This document shows, in pieces, positions 41,801 to 53,800 of a stretch of 64,000 bases of DNA. Position 1 is the stretch's first letter. Every line of letters starts with the position of its first letter. A program made the translations under genes and the position numbers. The notes below the pieces were generated by a model that was given only the letters and a program-made list of their open reading frames with translations, was not told the DNA's origin and did not search any database. This DNA is from Bdellovibrionales bacterium (GTDB taxonomy: Bacteria; Bdellovibrionota; Bdellovibrionia; Bdellovibrionales; UBA1609), in contig JBFWVI010000009.1 in assembly GCA_050246815.1 (NCBI GenBank), positions 3,238-67,237 on the forward strand, in the 5' to 3' direction.

Positions 41801-44800
41801 CGCCTGATTTCACGGCTGTTTCAACCACTGTGATCACGATCCCGGCGCTCACAAGCTCGGTGCAACTGCCCTTGATCACGAGCGAAGATCTTTTAAATGA
41901 AGGTGATGAGACCTTCTTGGCCTCTTTGTCGGCGGCAAGCAATGCCACGTTCTTAGATGATCTGGCCACAGGCACAATTACCGATGATGATGGTCCACCG
42001 ATGCTGTATGTGCTGGATGCGGCTAGCGTGACCGAGGGGCAAACAAGTCTGTTCTGGGTGACGCTCACGGCGGCCTCGGGCCTTGATGTGACCTTTAGCT
42101 ATCGCACTTTTAATGACACGGCTGTTTCGACTCAAGATTACACCGCGGTTGGGCTGACCAGTGCGACGATCCCGGCGGGCTCTTTAAGTGTCAGCTTTAA
42201 CGTGGTGACGATCGATGACACTCAAGATGAGGTTTCCCCAGAGTATTTTGATCTTTCGATTTCGGCCCCAAATAACGCGACCATTGCTGATGCTTTAGGC
42301 AAGGGCGGCATTGCCGATAACGACAACCCGCCTGAGATCTTTATCGCGGACGTTGCGGTGAGCGAAGGTGGGACGCTTGGTTTTTGGGTGACCTTGTCGG
42401 CAGTTTCAGATCTGAACGTGGATTTTAGCTACGTGACGAACGATGGTTTAGGCACAGACAAGGCCGAGGCTCCTGGCGATTACACGGCGATCACGCTGAC
42501 AGCGGGTCAAATCCCGGCGGGCTCTTTAAGTCTGTTGATTAATGTGGTGACGATTCAAGATGTGGTGGCGGAACCCAGTGAGTTGTTGACTATGACTTTA
42601 AGTGCGCTTTCAAACGCCGCCCATGGTGATGACGGCATCGCCACGGGTACGATCAACGACAATGACGTGGTGCCGTTCACTTGGGTGGGCACGACGGGCG
42701 ATGGTTTGTGGTCGACGGCCGGTAACTGGTCAGGCCTTACGGTTCCGACGGCGGCCAATGTGGCCACATTCACAAACGTTTGTTTGGGGGCAAATTGCAA
42801 TGCCACTGTGGACGTGGCGGTGGATGTACAGGGTCTCAATATGACCTCGGCTTATTCGGGCACGATCACTCAAGCTGCAGGCGTGGCGCTGCGCACAGGA
42901 AATTCAGATTGGCTGATGGCGGGCGGTGCGTTTATCGGTTCAAGTGGTGCGATCACGATCAACCGCGATTTCAATCAATCGGGCGGTACGTTCACGGCAG
43001 GTACGCAAACGATTGAGGTGCAACGCAATTGGACGAGCACAGCCGGTGCTATGAATATGACGGGATCGACGGTGGAATTCAAGGGCGCAAGCGGCACCAC
43101 AATCAATATTGGCGCACAACAATTCTATAATTTGAGTTTATTAAAAGACGCATGGACGGCCGCGGCGGCGACCGGAAGCGTCACTATAGCAAATGATTTT
43201 AGTTTAAATCAGGGGTTTAATGCATTTAACCAGGGACGAGTGACAGGCGGCACATTTGATGTCGTCAATCGTGTCAATCTAGGCCTCAATAATGGTGGCT
43301 ATGGGCCTTGGGCGTTGCGGTTGGTGGGTACGGGAGCTCAAACCATCGCGGGTGGAATCGATAGCGAATCTGCATTAAACCAACTTCATATCGCGAAGCC
43401 GTCAGGCTTGGTCAGCGTCGAAGGCACGATTGGTATTGACTCAGATTTTACATATATGAGTGGCTCAACATTCAATGCCGGAACTAGCGCGATACATTTT
43501 ATTAACGGCTATGGAACGCTAAGCCTAGCCTCGGATTTAGATTTTTACGACGTTAAGATCGCCAAATACCAGTATGCCAATGTGACGATTGTCGGCGCCG
43601 GTACGATGCAGGTGAATCATGACCTCACCTTGGATGCTTCAAACGTGCTATTAGGTGGGGCGCTTTTGGGCGGAAGCATTCGCGCAATGGGCAATGTCTA
43701 TGCCAACAGCACGGGTGGTTACTTGGGTGGTAGCACGACAGTTTTGTATTTGGCGGGTACGGGGGCGCAAACGATCGTGGGTGGCGACGGCGACCTGCCA
43801 AGCGTTGTGATAAATTCAACAGGAACTGTTGATTTGACGGGCACATTTGCAGTGGTTGGGTCGTTTATTCATACCAACTCTGCCGGGCTAAGTGCTGGAA
43901 CTTCAACTGTGTACCTGGAATCCACCGGCACATCCACAGTGAGTATGGGTGCACAGTCTTTGAACAATGTGAATGTCAGTTCGGGCAGCGGACGTTCAAT
44001 GGTGATTGCTGGGGCTTTAACGATTAACGGCAATGCGGAGCTGAGCGGTTCTGCAGGCGGTAACACCCTAGATGGTGGCACGTTGGTGGCCAAGAAGAAC
44101 GTTTCGATTACGTCGGCGGACTTTGATGGTGGCACGGCCTCGATTCTGTTGAATGGAACGGGAGCGCAAACGATCAGCAATCCAGGCGGTGGCGCCTGGA
44201 CATCGGGCAAAAACTACGTGGATAAAGTAAGTGGTGCGGTGGAGCTTGCAGGTAACACCACCTTTGCATTGGCTCAAGACATGGATTTCACGTCCGGCAC
44301 GATCAATATGCGTGGTTATGATTTGGGTATTCGCGACGCATTGACGATGGCCTCGGGCACAACAATCTACACAGATTGTGGCGTCTTAACCTACAACGGT
44401 GGCTCATCCAGTTTAGGCGGCACAATCATTGACGGCACGCCAGGAGCATTATTGTCGGTGAACGACGTGACGGTCAGCGAGTCGGCAGGCAATGCCACCT
44501 TCACGGTGACATTGGCGGCACCCTCTTGCGCACCGACAATCTTTAACTTCGCAACCGTCAACGGCACGGCCGTCCAGCCCGGTGATTACACTTCGACATC
44601 AGGCGTGGGCACAATCCCGGCCGGTCAGCAATCATGGACAACAAACGTGCCGATCATCGACGATACGCTGTATGAAGGTGCCACCGATGAGACCTTCACA
44701 TTCTCGTTGTCGGCGGTGATGGGAGCGCCTGTTTTAGATCCTTTGGGCGTGGGCTCGATCACCGACAACGATGCGCAGCCCAATATTTTCGTTAATGATG

Positions 44801-47800
44801 TGACCGTGACCGAAGGTCAGACGGCGAATTTTGTGATCAGCTTGTCGAACGCAACCACTTCGGATGTGACCTTTACGTGGGAAACGGTGAACGGCACGGC
44901 GACTTCGGGTGCGGATTACACCGGGGTTGGTGCGACCAGCGCCACGATCGCGGCCGGCCAGTTGGCGATCACTGTCGCCGTGGTGACGACGGATGATGTG
45001 GTCTTTAGCGAGGGCGATGAAAACTACAACGTCACGTTAACTTCTATCGCTAATGCCAGTGCGGGCGACACCAACGGCGTGGGCACGATCAATGACAATG
45101 ACAACGCCTTCTTGTTTATTGCGGATGCCGATGTGGTCGAAAGTGGCACGTTGCTATTCGTGGTGACAATGAGCGCTGTCAGTGGGTCTGAAGTGACCTT
45201 TAGCTTCCAATCTTACAGCGGTTTGAACTCGGTGATGGGTGGAGCCGCTGCGACCTCGGGCACGGATTTCACCGCGATCAGCGGCACGGCCACGATCAGC
45301 GCCGGCGTATTGGCAGTGACTTTGCCTGTGGTGACCACGGTGGATGCGACTTACGAAGGCTTGGAAAATTTAAGTGTCACGATCAGCGCACCAGTGGGTG
45401 CGTCGATCACGGATAGCACAGGCCTTGGTTTCATCCACAACGACGACTGCCCAGCCACCGGCTGGTGCCAGCAGGCTTATATCAAGGCGATCAATGCGGA
45501 TGCGGGCGATATCTTCGGCGAGGGCGTTTCTATAATGGATGATACCCTTGTGGTCGGCGCTCCTTACGAATTAAGCAGTCAGACCACGATTACCAATGAT
45601 ACCACGGCTTCATCGGATAACTCGGCCTCACAAAGCGGCGCGGCTTATGTGTACGTGCGCAGTGGCAACACATGGGTGCAGCAAGCTTATATCAAACGCG
45701 GTAAACACGATGGTTACTTTGGTCGCTCTGTTTCAATCAATGGCGACACGCTGGCCATTGGGGCCTTTCTTGACGTGAGCGGCAGCACACAAATTTTTAA
45801 TGGCACGGGCATGGCCTATGATTCACCCGGAGGTGCCGAGTACGGCGCTGTCCACATCTACAAACGAACGGGCAGCACTTGGGTACAAGAGGCCTTTATT
45901 AAAGCATCGAATTCAAGGGCTAACACTGATTTTGGCAATGGATTAAATTTGGCGAAAGACTCCTTGGTCGTGGCATCGGCCTCGGAAAGTAGCAACCAAT
46001 CATATATCACCCAAGGCACAGGAAGTTCCACTGATGCTTCAAGCGCCGCGGCTGGGGCAGTTTACATTTATAGAAGAACTGGCAACACTTGGGTACAAGA
46101 GGCTTACGTCAAGGCCAGCAATCGTAACAACAACGATCGTTTTGGTTTTGGCACGGCTTTTGACGGCCAGACCCTGGCTGTGGGGGCGATCTATGAGGAC
46201 AGCAATGGCACGGGTGTTTATAATGGCACGGGTGCTTCAGCCGATAATAGCTCGGCCGATTCTGGTGCTGTTTACGTGTATGCACGAAGCGGCACATGGG
46301 TTCAGCAAGCGTATATCAAATCTGCGTTGACCGGCGGTTCGGCGTATTTTGGTTATGATGTGGCCTTGTCCGGAGACACCTTGGTTGTCGGTGAACCGCT
46401 TGGCCGTGCCAGTGCTGTATTGATCAACGGCACGCAGGCCCCAGTGGATGAAAACGTCTATGGGACGGCGACTGTTTACAAGCGTACCGGCAGCACATGG
46501 GTACAACAAGCTATATTGAAGCCTCCGGTTCAAAACTACGCCCAAATATTTGGCGCGGCGGTAGCCATCAGTCAGGATCGTGTAGCCGTGGCTGCATACG
46601 CCGAAACAAGTTTAGAAAGCCAGGTCTTCAATGGCACAGCCGTGCCAAATCCCAATGCCGGTACAGACGAAACTGGAGCGGTATTTGTGTATGCGCGCAC
46701 AGGCAGCACGTGGGTGCAGCAGGCCACCTTAAAGCCCAGTAATCCCGATAATGTGTCTAGTTTCGGGGCGCCAGCGTACGATACGGCAACATTTTCACCT
46801 CACCGCAGTTTGGCAATTTCGGGCGATACGATTGTGGTAGGATCAAATGCCGAACGCAGCAATCAACGTGGCATCACCAATGGTCCATGGGCATCCCTTA
46901 ACCGAAGCGCGATAAGTTCTGGCGCAGCCTACGTGTTCCATTACAAGGGCGCACCTCAGGTGACCATCCAGCAGGCCGCCACACAAGTGGATCCGGCATC
47001 CAGCTTGCCGATTGAGTTCAGTGTGGACTTCGGTAAGGCGATAAGCACCGCCACTTTCACCGATGCAGACATCACGCAAAATGGCACAGCGACCGGCATT
47101 ACCTGGTCGATTACGAATCCGTCGGGCGACAATCGCAACTTTGTGTTGCAAGCCACTGGTGGCACGGCGGGCACATACACTCCAAGCGTGGCTGCCGGCT
47201 TAGTGACGGATGTGGATGGCAACACCAACTTGGCGTCTTCAACTGAATACGACAACAGCGTGACGTACAATATTCCGCGCAATTTGTTTATCACCGATGC
47301 CGAAGTTGTTGAAGGCGGCACCATGGTCTTCACTGTGAGTCTTGATGGCACAGCCGGCAGTGATGTGACATTTAACTATCAGTCGTACAGTGGTTTGAGT
47401 ACTCAGTTGGGTGGAGCCGCTGCTGCACAAGGCACAGATTTTACTGCGACTAGTGGTGCTGCAACTATTCCGATGGGCTCATTGACGTTGGCACTTTTGG
47501 TGGTGACGACAGTGGATGCGACTTATGAAGGCATGGAGAACTTAAGCTTGACCTTGAGTTCAGCAAGCGGCGCCACGATCAGCGACTCAACGGGTTTAGG
47601 CTTCATCCACAACGACGATTGCCCAACAACGGGCTGGTGCCAGCAGGCGTATTTAAAGGGCGCCACCGCCGACGCCAATGATCTGTTTGGCTATTGGACA
47701 GCAATTCACCGGGACACCGTGGTGGTCGGTGCGCCGTACGAGTCTGCGGACACGTCCTCTGTGCTAAATGGCACAGGAGGATCTTCAAGCAATGGCCGCA

Positions 47801-50800
47801 GCCGCACAGGTGCAGCCTACGTCTACAAGCGCACCGGTGGCACATGGGTGCAAGAAGCTTATTTGAAGGGTGCCACAACAGATGTAGACGACTTTTTTGG
47901 CGATACTGTGGCGATCCATGAAGACACCATCGTGGTCAGTTCTTACGGCGAGGGTTCAAGCTCAAGCACAATTGTCAACGGCACAGGCGGGTCCAGCAAC
48001 AATTCGCACAGCAATGGTGGTGCAGCCTATGTGTTCAAACGAACCGGTAACACATGGGTCCGAGAAGCTTATTTGAAAGCCGGTACCCCCAAGGATTCTT
48101 CTTATTTTGGAGAAGCCGTGAGTATTCATGGCGACACTATTTTGGTCACTGCACTTTCAGACTCGAGCGGTGTCAGTGGTGTGCTCAATGGCACGGGTGG
48201 CTCGACAGACACCTCGGTGTCTTCAGCCGGTTCGGCCTACATTTTTAAGCGCACAGGCAACACGTGGGTGCGTGAAGCTTACTTAAAGGCAGCCAATCCA
48301 GATGCAAGCGATTATTTTGGCAGTTCTGCGGCATTGGATCGCGACACGGCCGTGATTACGGCCGCGTGGGAGAGCAGTGGCACAAGTACCGTCCTGAATG
48401 GCACAGGAGGCTCTGCAGATAATTCTGTCAACCAAGTTGGCGCGGCTTATGTGTTTAAGCGCACAGGCAACACGTGGGTGCAAGAAGCCTATCTGAAACC
48501 TTATACGGCAATCGTGGCCTACATGTTTGGTCAATATGACACTGCCATCAGCGGTGACACGATTGCCATTGGCGCGAATGGCGACAGCAGCAACGCGACG
48601 GGCATTACTCACGGGACGGGTGGGCCTGCCGACACTTCGGGTTCAAGCTATTCAGGCGCGGTTTATATCTTCAAACGCACGGGCAGTACATGGGCGCGTC
48701 AAGCCTTTATCAAAGCCACAAACGCAGGGTCTTGGGATCAGCTGGGTAGCTGGGTTTCTTTGTCGGGCGATTTGTTGGCGGCGGGTGCTGATAGCGAGGA
48801 CAGCTATCAGAGTCTGGTTTCCAGCGGAACCTTGGCTTCGTCCACCAATGACGGAACAGATATTGGTGCTGCATATATTTTCCGTCGTACGGGCAATACT
48901 TGGGTACAGGATGCATATATTAAACCTTCAAATGGTGATACGGGCGACTTATTCGCGAGTGTTCGAATTGATGGTGACACCTTGGTGGTTGGTGCAAGAG
49001 GGGAATCCTCTAATTTGACGGGTGTGATCAACGGCCCGTACGCTTCGATCAACAACAGTGCCGTCAGTTCTGGCGCAGCCTACGTGTTCCATTACAAGGG
49101 CGCGCCTCAGGTGACCATCCAGCAGGCCGCCACACAAGTGGATCCGGCATCCAGCTTGCCGATTGAGTTCAGTGTGGACTTCGGTAAGGCGATAAGCACC
49201 GCCACTTTCACCGATGCAGACATCACGCAAAATGGCACAGCGACCGGCATTACCTGGTCGATTACGAATCCGTCGGGCGACAATCGCAACTTTGTGTTGC
49301 AAGCCACTGGTGGCACGGCGGGCACATACACTCCAAGCGTGGCTGCCGGCTTAGTGACGGATGTGGATGGCAACACCAACTTGGCGTCTTCAACTGAATA
49401 CGACAACAGCGTGACGTACAATATTCCGCGCAATTTGTTTATCACCGATGCCGAAGTTGTTGAAGGCGGCACCATGGTCTTCACTGTGAGTCTTGATGGC
49501 ACAGCCGGCAGTGATGTGACATTTAACTATCAGTCGTACAGTGGTTTGAGTACTCAGTTGGGTGGAGCCGCTGCTGCACAAGGCACAGATTTTACTGCGA
49601 CTAGTGGTGCTGCAACTATTCCGATGGGCTCATTGACGTTGGCACTTTTGGTGGTGACGACAGTGGATGCGACTTATGAAGGCATGGAGAACTTAAGCTT
49701 GACCTTGAGTTCAGCAAGCGGCGCCACGATCAGCGACTCAACGGGTTTAGGCTTCATCCACAACGACGATTGCCCAACAACGGGCTGGTGCCAGCAAGCC
49801 TATATGAAAGTGCAGTGGGGTAAGCGCCTGGGCGAGTCGACGTCGGTCCATAATGACACGGTTGTTGTGGGTGCGACCACTCACAGCGGCACAGATTCTG
49901 GCGTGATCAATGGTACAGGGATGCCCGGCGACAGTGCACCGCTTAACTCAGGAATGGCTGTTGTGTACGCTCGCAGCGGCAGCACCTGGGTTCGTCAGGC
50001 CACTTTGTTGCCGCCGGCCCCTGACACTTTTGACTATTTCGGTCGAAAAGTCCGAGTGTCTGGCAATACTGCGGTGATGAGCACGGGTGATGAAGACAGT
50101 TTGGCTACTGGCGTGATCAACGGCACGGGCGCGGCGTTTAACGAAGGCGCCAGCGCATCGGGTGCGGCCCTAGTTTACAAAAGAACCGGTAACACTTGGG
50201 TGCAAGAGGCTTATCTAAAAGCCAGCAATGCGGAAGCGGATGACGGCTTTGGTTTTGCCATTGATCTAGACGAAGATACGGTCGTTGTTGGCGCTTACAA
50301 AGAAGACAGCTCCGTGACCGGAATCACGGCCGGCACTGGCGGTTCAAGCGACAACACAGCCGCCGATGCTGGCGCTGTCTATGTCTTTAAACGCACCGGC
50401 AACACTTGGGTGCAAGAAGCTTTCTTGAAGGCCAACAACACGGGGGCAGACGACCAATTTGGTTACAGCGTGGCCGTTTCGCAAAATACGGTTGTGGTGA
50501 CAGCTCCGAATGAGGATTCGAGCTTAACGGGTGTTTCAAATGGCCCCGGCTTCACCGACAACGAATTGGGCGCCAATGACGGTTCTGCCTATGTTTTTCG
50601 AAGAACAGGCAGCACTTGGGTGCAAGAGGCGATTTTGCGTTCTTCTGGTGCAGGTGGGCAGCTCTTCTTTGGTAATGATATCGATATCAGCGCCGATTCG
50701 ATCATTGTTGCCAACTACTTGGATTACAGCGACGAAACCGGTGTTAAAAACGGCACCGACGGTCCGATCAATTCAGATGCCTCAGCTTCTGGCGCGGCCT

Positions 50801-53800
50801 ACATCTTTAAACGAACCGGTCTGACTTGGGTTCAAGAATCTTACCTCAAAGCCGGTAACAGTGAAGCCAACGACGAGTTCGCCCGGGGCGGAGTTGCCAT
50901 TTCGGGTAATTTAGCGGCCGTGGGTTCGATTCGTGAGGATAGTATCAGCAGTCAAGTGATCAACGGCACGGCCTCGGCAACTGATAACGATGGGGTTAAT
51001 TCTGGCGCGGTCTATGTGTATCGGCGCACCGGCAACACCTGGGTGCAAAGCGCCTACTTAAAAGCCAGCAACGGAAAAGCCGGTGATTTATTTGGTAGCA
51101 GTGTCGCAATCGATGGTGACACTTTGATTGTGGGGGCAGAAGAGGAGTCCTCCACCGCCACTCAAGTGGCGAATCAAGCTTGGGCGCCTGCATTCGCGCA
51201 AGGCAGTTCAATCGGTGCGGCCTATGTGTTCTATTACAAGGGTGCGCCCGAGGTGGTTATCCAGCAAGCTTCCACGCAGGCTGATCCAACTTCAAGCCTG
51301 CCCATCGCGTTCAACGTCGCCTTTTCGAAACCAATTTCGGCCGGCACCTTCACCGATGCCGACATCACTCAAGGCGGCACAGCGACGGGCATCACTTGGT
51401 CGATCACCAATCCGTCGGGCGATAATCGCAACTTCGTTTTACAGGCAACGGCGGGCACAGCGGGCACTTACATTCCAAGCGTGGCGGCCGGCCTAGTGAC
51501 AGATGTGGATGGCAACACCAACTTGGCGTCTTCGAGCAGCTTTGATAACAGCGTCACATATGCACCGCCGAGTTATTTATATATTAGTGACGCCTCGGTT
51601 CTTGAAGGGGGCACGCTTGTATTCAATGTGAGCCTTGATGTTACATCCACCAGCGAAGTGACGTTTAACTATCAAACAGTCAATGGTACGGCCACCACCG
51701 CCGACAGTGATTACACCTCAGTGGCATTGACCGCATTTACAATACCCGCCGGCACATTGACCACCAGCTTGTTTGTGGTCAGCACGCCGGATACTCGCTA
51801 CGAAAATGACGAGACTTTGAGTGTCACTTTAACCTCGATTGTGACCGCGATCCCAGGCGATACGGACGGCTTAGGCACTATCCAAAACGACGATGCCGTG
51901 GTTGGCATCAGCGTCTATGATGTGGCGATCAATGAAGGCGAAACCGCACAATTTGTGGCAAGCTTAAGTGCCGTTTCAGGCTTAAATGCAGTCTTCCAGT
52001 GGCAAACCATCAACGGAACCGCGACTTCAGCTAGCGATTACACCGCGGTCAGTTTGACCACTGTGACCATTGTGGCCGGTCAGCTAACCATCTTGCTGCC
52101 GGTCATCAGCACAGAAAATGCGACTGCAGAACCCACGGAGCAGTTCACAGTGAGCCTGAGTTCAGCCACCAACGGGAATTTTGTCGACCCGGTGGCGATT
52201 GGAACTATTTTAGATGATGATGTGGCCGCGTTCACTTGGGTCGGCACCACGGGTGATCAAAAGTGGACCACTGCGGCCAACTGGTCCACCGGCACTGTGC
52301 CGGGAAGTGCGGATATTGCCATCTTTAATAATGTTTGTGCGACTCTTTGCGCTGCCAATATTGATGGCAACATCACGGTGAGCGGTATTCTTTTAGAGTC
52401 CACTTACACGGCGACACTTTCACAAAATACGGGTCAGCCGATCACCGTTGGTTTTGATGATTTGATCATTGCTGGTGGAGCGTTCCAGGCGAGCAATGCG
52501 GATATCCGCTTAAACGATGCGGTTTGGCAGCAAGGTGGCACGGTCAATATGGGTTCGGCCAATTGGTACTTTGATAACTGCCGAATTGACGCCGGCACGT
52601 GGAATGCGCAGACCTCAACAGCTCACATGAATGGGTCGGGATTTTCTGGGTCACTTATCGGGGCGGCCACATTTAACAATTTATCTTTAGTGCGTGATAC
52701 GTCTTTAGGAAATCCAACCGAGGCTCAAGTCAATGGAACGATCACAGTGGCAGGAACACTGTTACTCGATAAGGTCGGCTCCAACGCGCATCAATTGACG
52801 GCGGTTGGCAGTTCGAAAATCGTCGCTCTTGGCAATGTGAACGCGGTTGATTTTGACGGTGGTGACACCGGCTTAATTGAAATCGGCGGCACCGGAGTTC
52901 AGACCCTCACGGGTGGGATCGGTGGACAACTGCCCAATGTCGCTGTGATCAAAACGGGTGGTTCGCTCGATTTGGTGGGCACCATCGACTTTGCGGAAAG
53001 TCTCGGTATGGCTTCGGGAACCGTGAATGCCGGCACATCGACAGTACGATTCGTCAACACGGGTAGCATCACGGTGGTTCAGGGTGGCGTTGATTTTTAC
53101 AATATGGAATTTCGCAAAGACACATCTGCTGGTAATTTGACAGTGACCTTGGGTGCTGGGAGCCATTTGTTTGCGGATGGGGACGTGCTTTTTGAAAGCA
53201 CGGGTTCTAATCGAATGAACGTCGTTCATCCCAGCTCGAGCAGTATTGTTGTTCAAGGGGATATCACTGCGACTAAGGTTTACGATACGCCATCATTGCG
53301 TACTAATAAGCCCAGTGGGACACAAACGATTACGGGGGTCGCGGGGGCACAGCTTGGGGCAATACACCTAGGCAGCGCATCCACGGTTAATTTAGTTGGT
53401 ACCATAGACATCTTGGAAGGCTTCGAGAACTTGAGTACCGCGACAGTTAATCCTGGCACTTCGCTGGTTCGATTTATTAACGCGCCAGATGTGGCCGCCA
53501 ACAGCTCCGCAATTAATTTGGGTGCTGGAAATTACCTCAACCAAGTTGTTTTCAATAAATCGTCTGTATGGAACACAATAAACGGAGTGGTGACCATCAC
53601 CGGGAACTTGACGATCGACAATAGCAACACAGGTAACGGGATTAATTCCGCACCGGTGCAAGTGCAAGGCAATGTAGTGATGTTGGACAACGATGAGGGC
53701 ACCGGCCGCATCGAAATGACAGGGGCCGCCCATACCACCGTCACCATGGTGGCAAGTTCGGCTTGGCCCACGGGCGGCTGGACTGTGAATAAACCCGGAG

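Larger units (their letters stand above)
45448..51236 (+). other. Three 7-bladed FG-GAP/integrin-alpha-like propeller regions interleaved with Ig-like + Calx-beta-like segments
   Basis: Blades are about 68 aa: W(V/C)(Q/R)(Q/E)A(Y/F)(L/I)K...D.FG..V.(I/L).GDT(L/I)VVGA....S........G......SGA(A/V)YV(F/Y).R.G. There are seven blades each in roughly 45448..46930, 47620..49081 and 49771..51236. Each propeller is entered through HNDDCPxTGWCQQAY. Confidence 0.65.
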
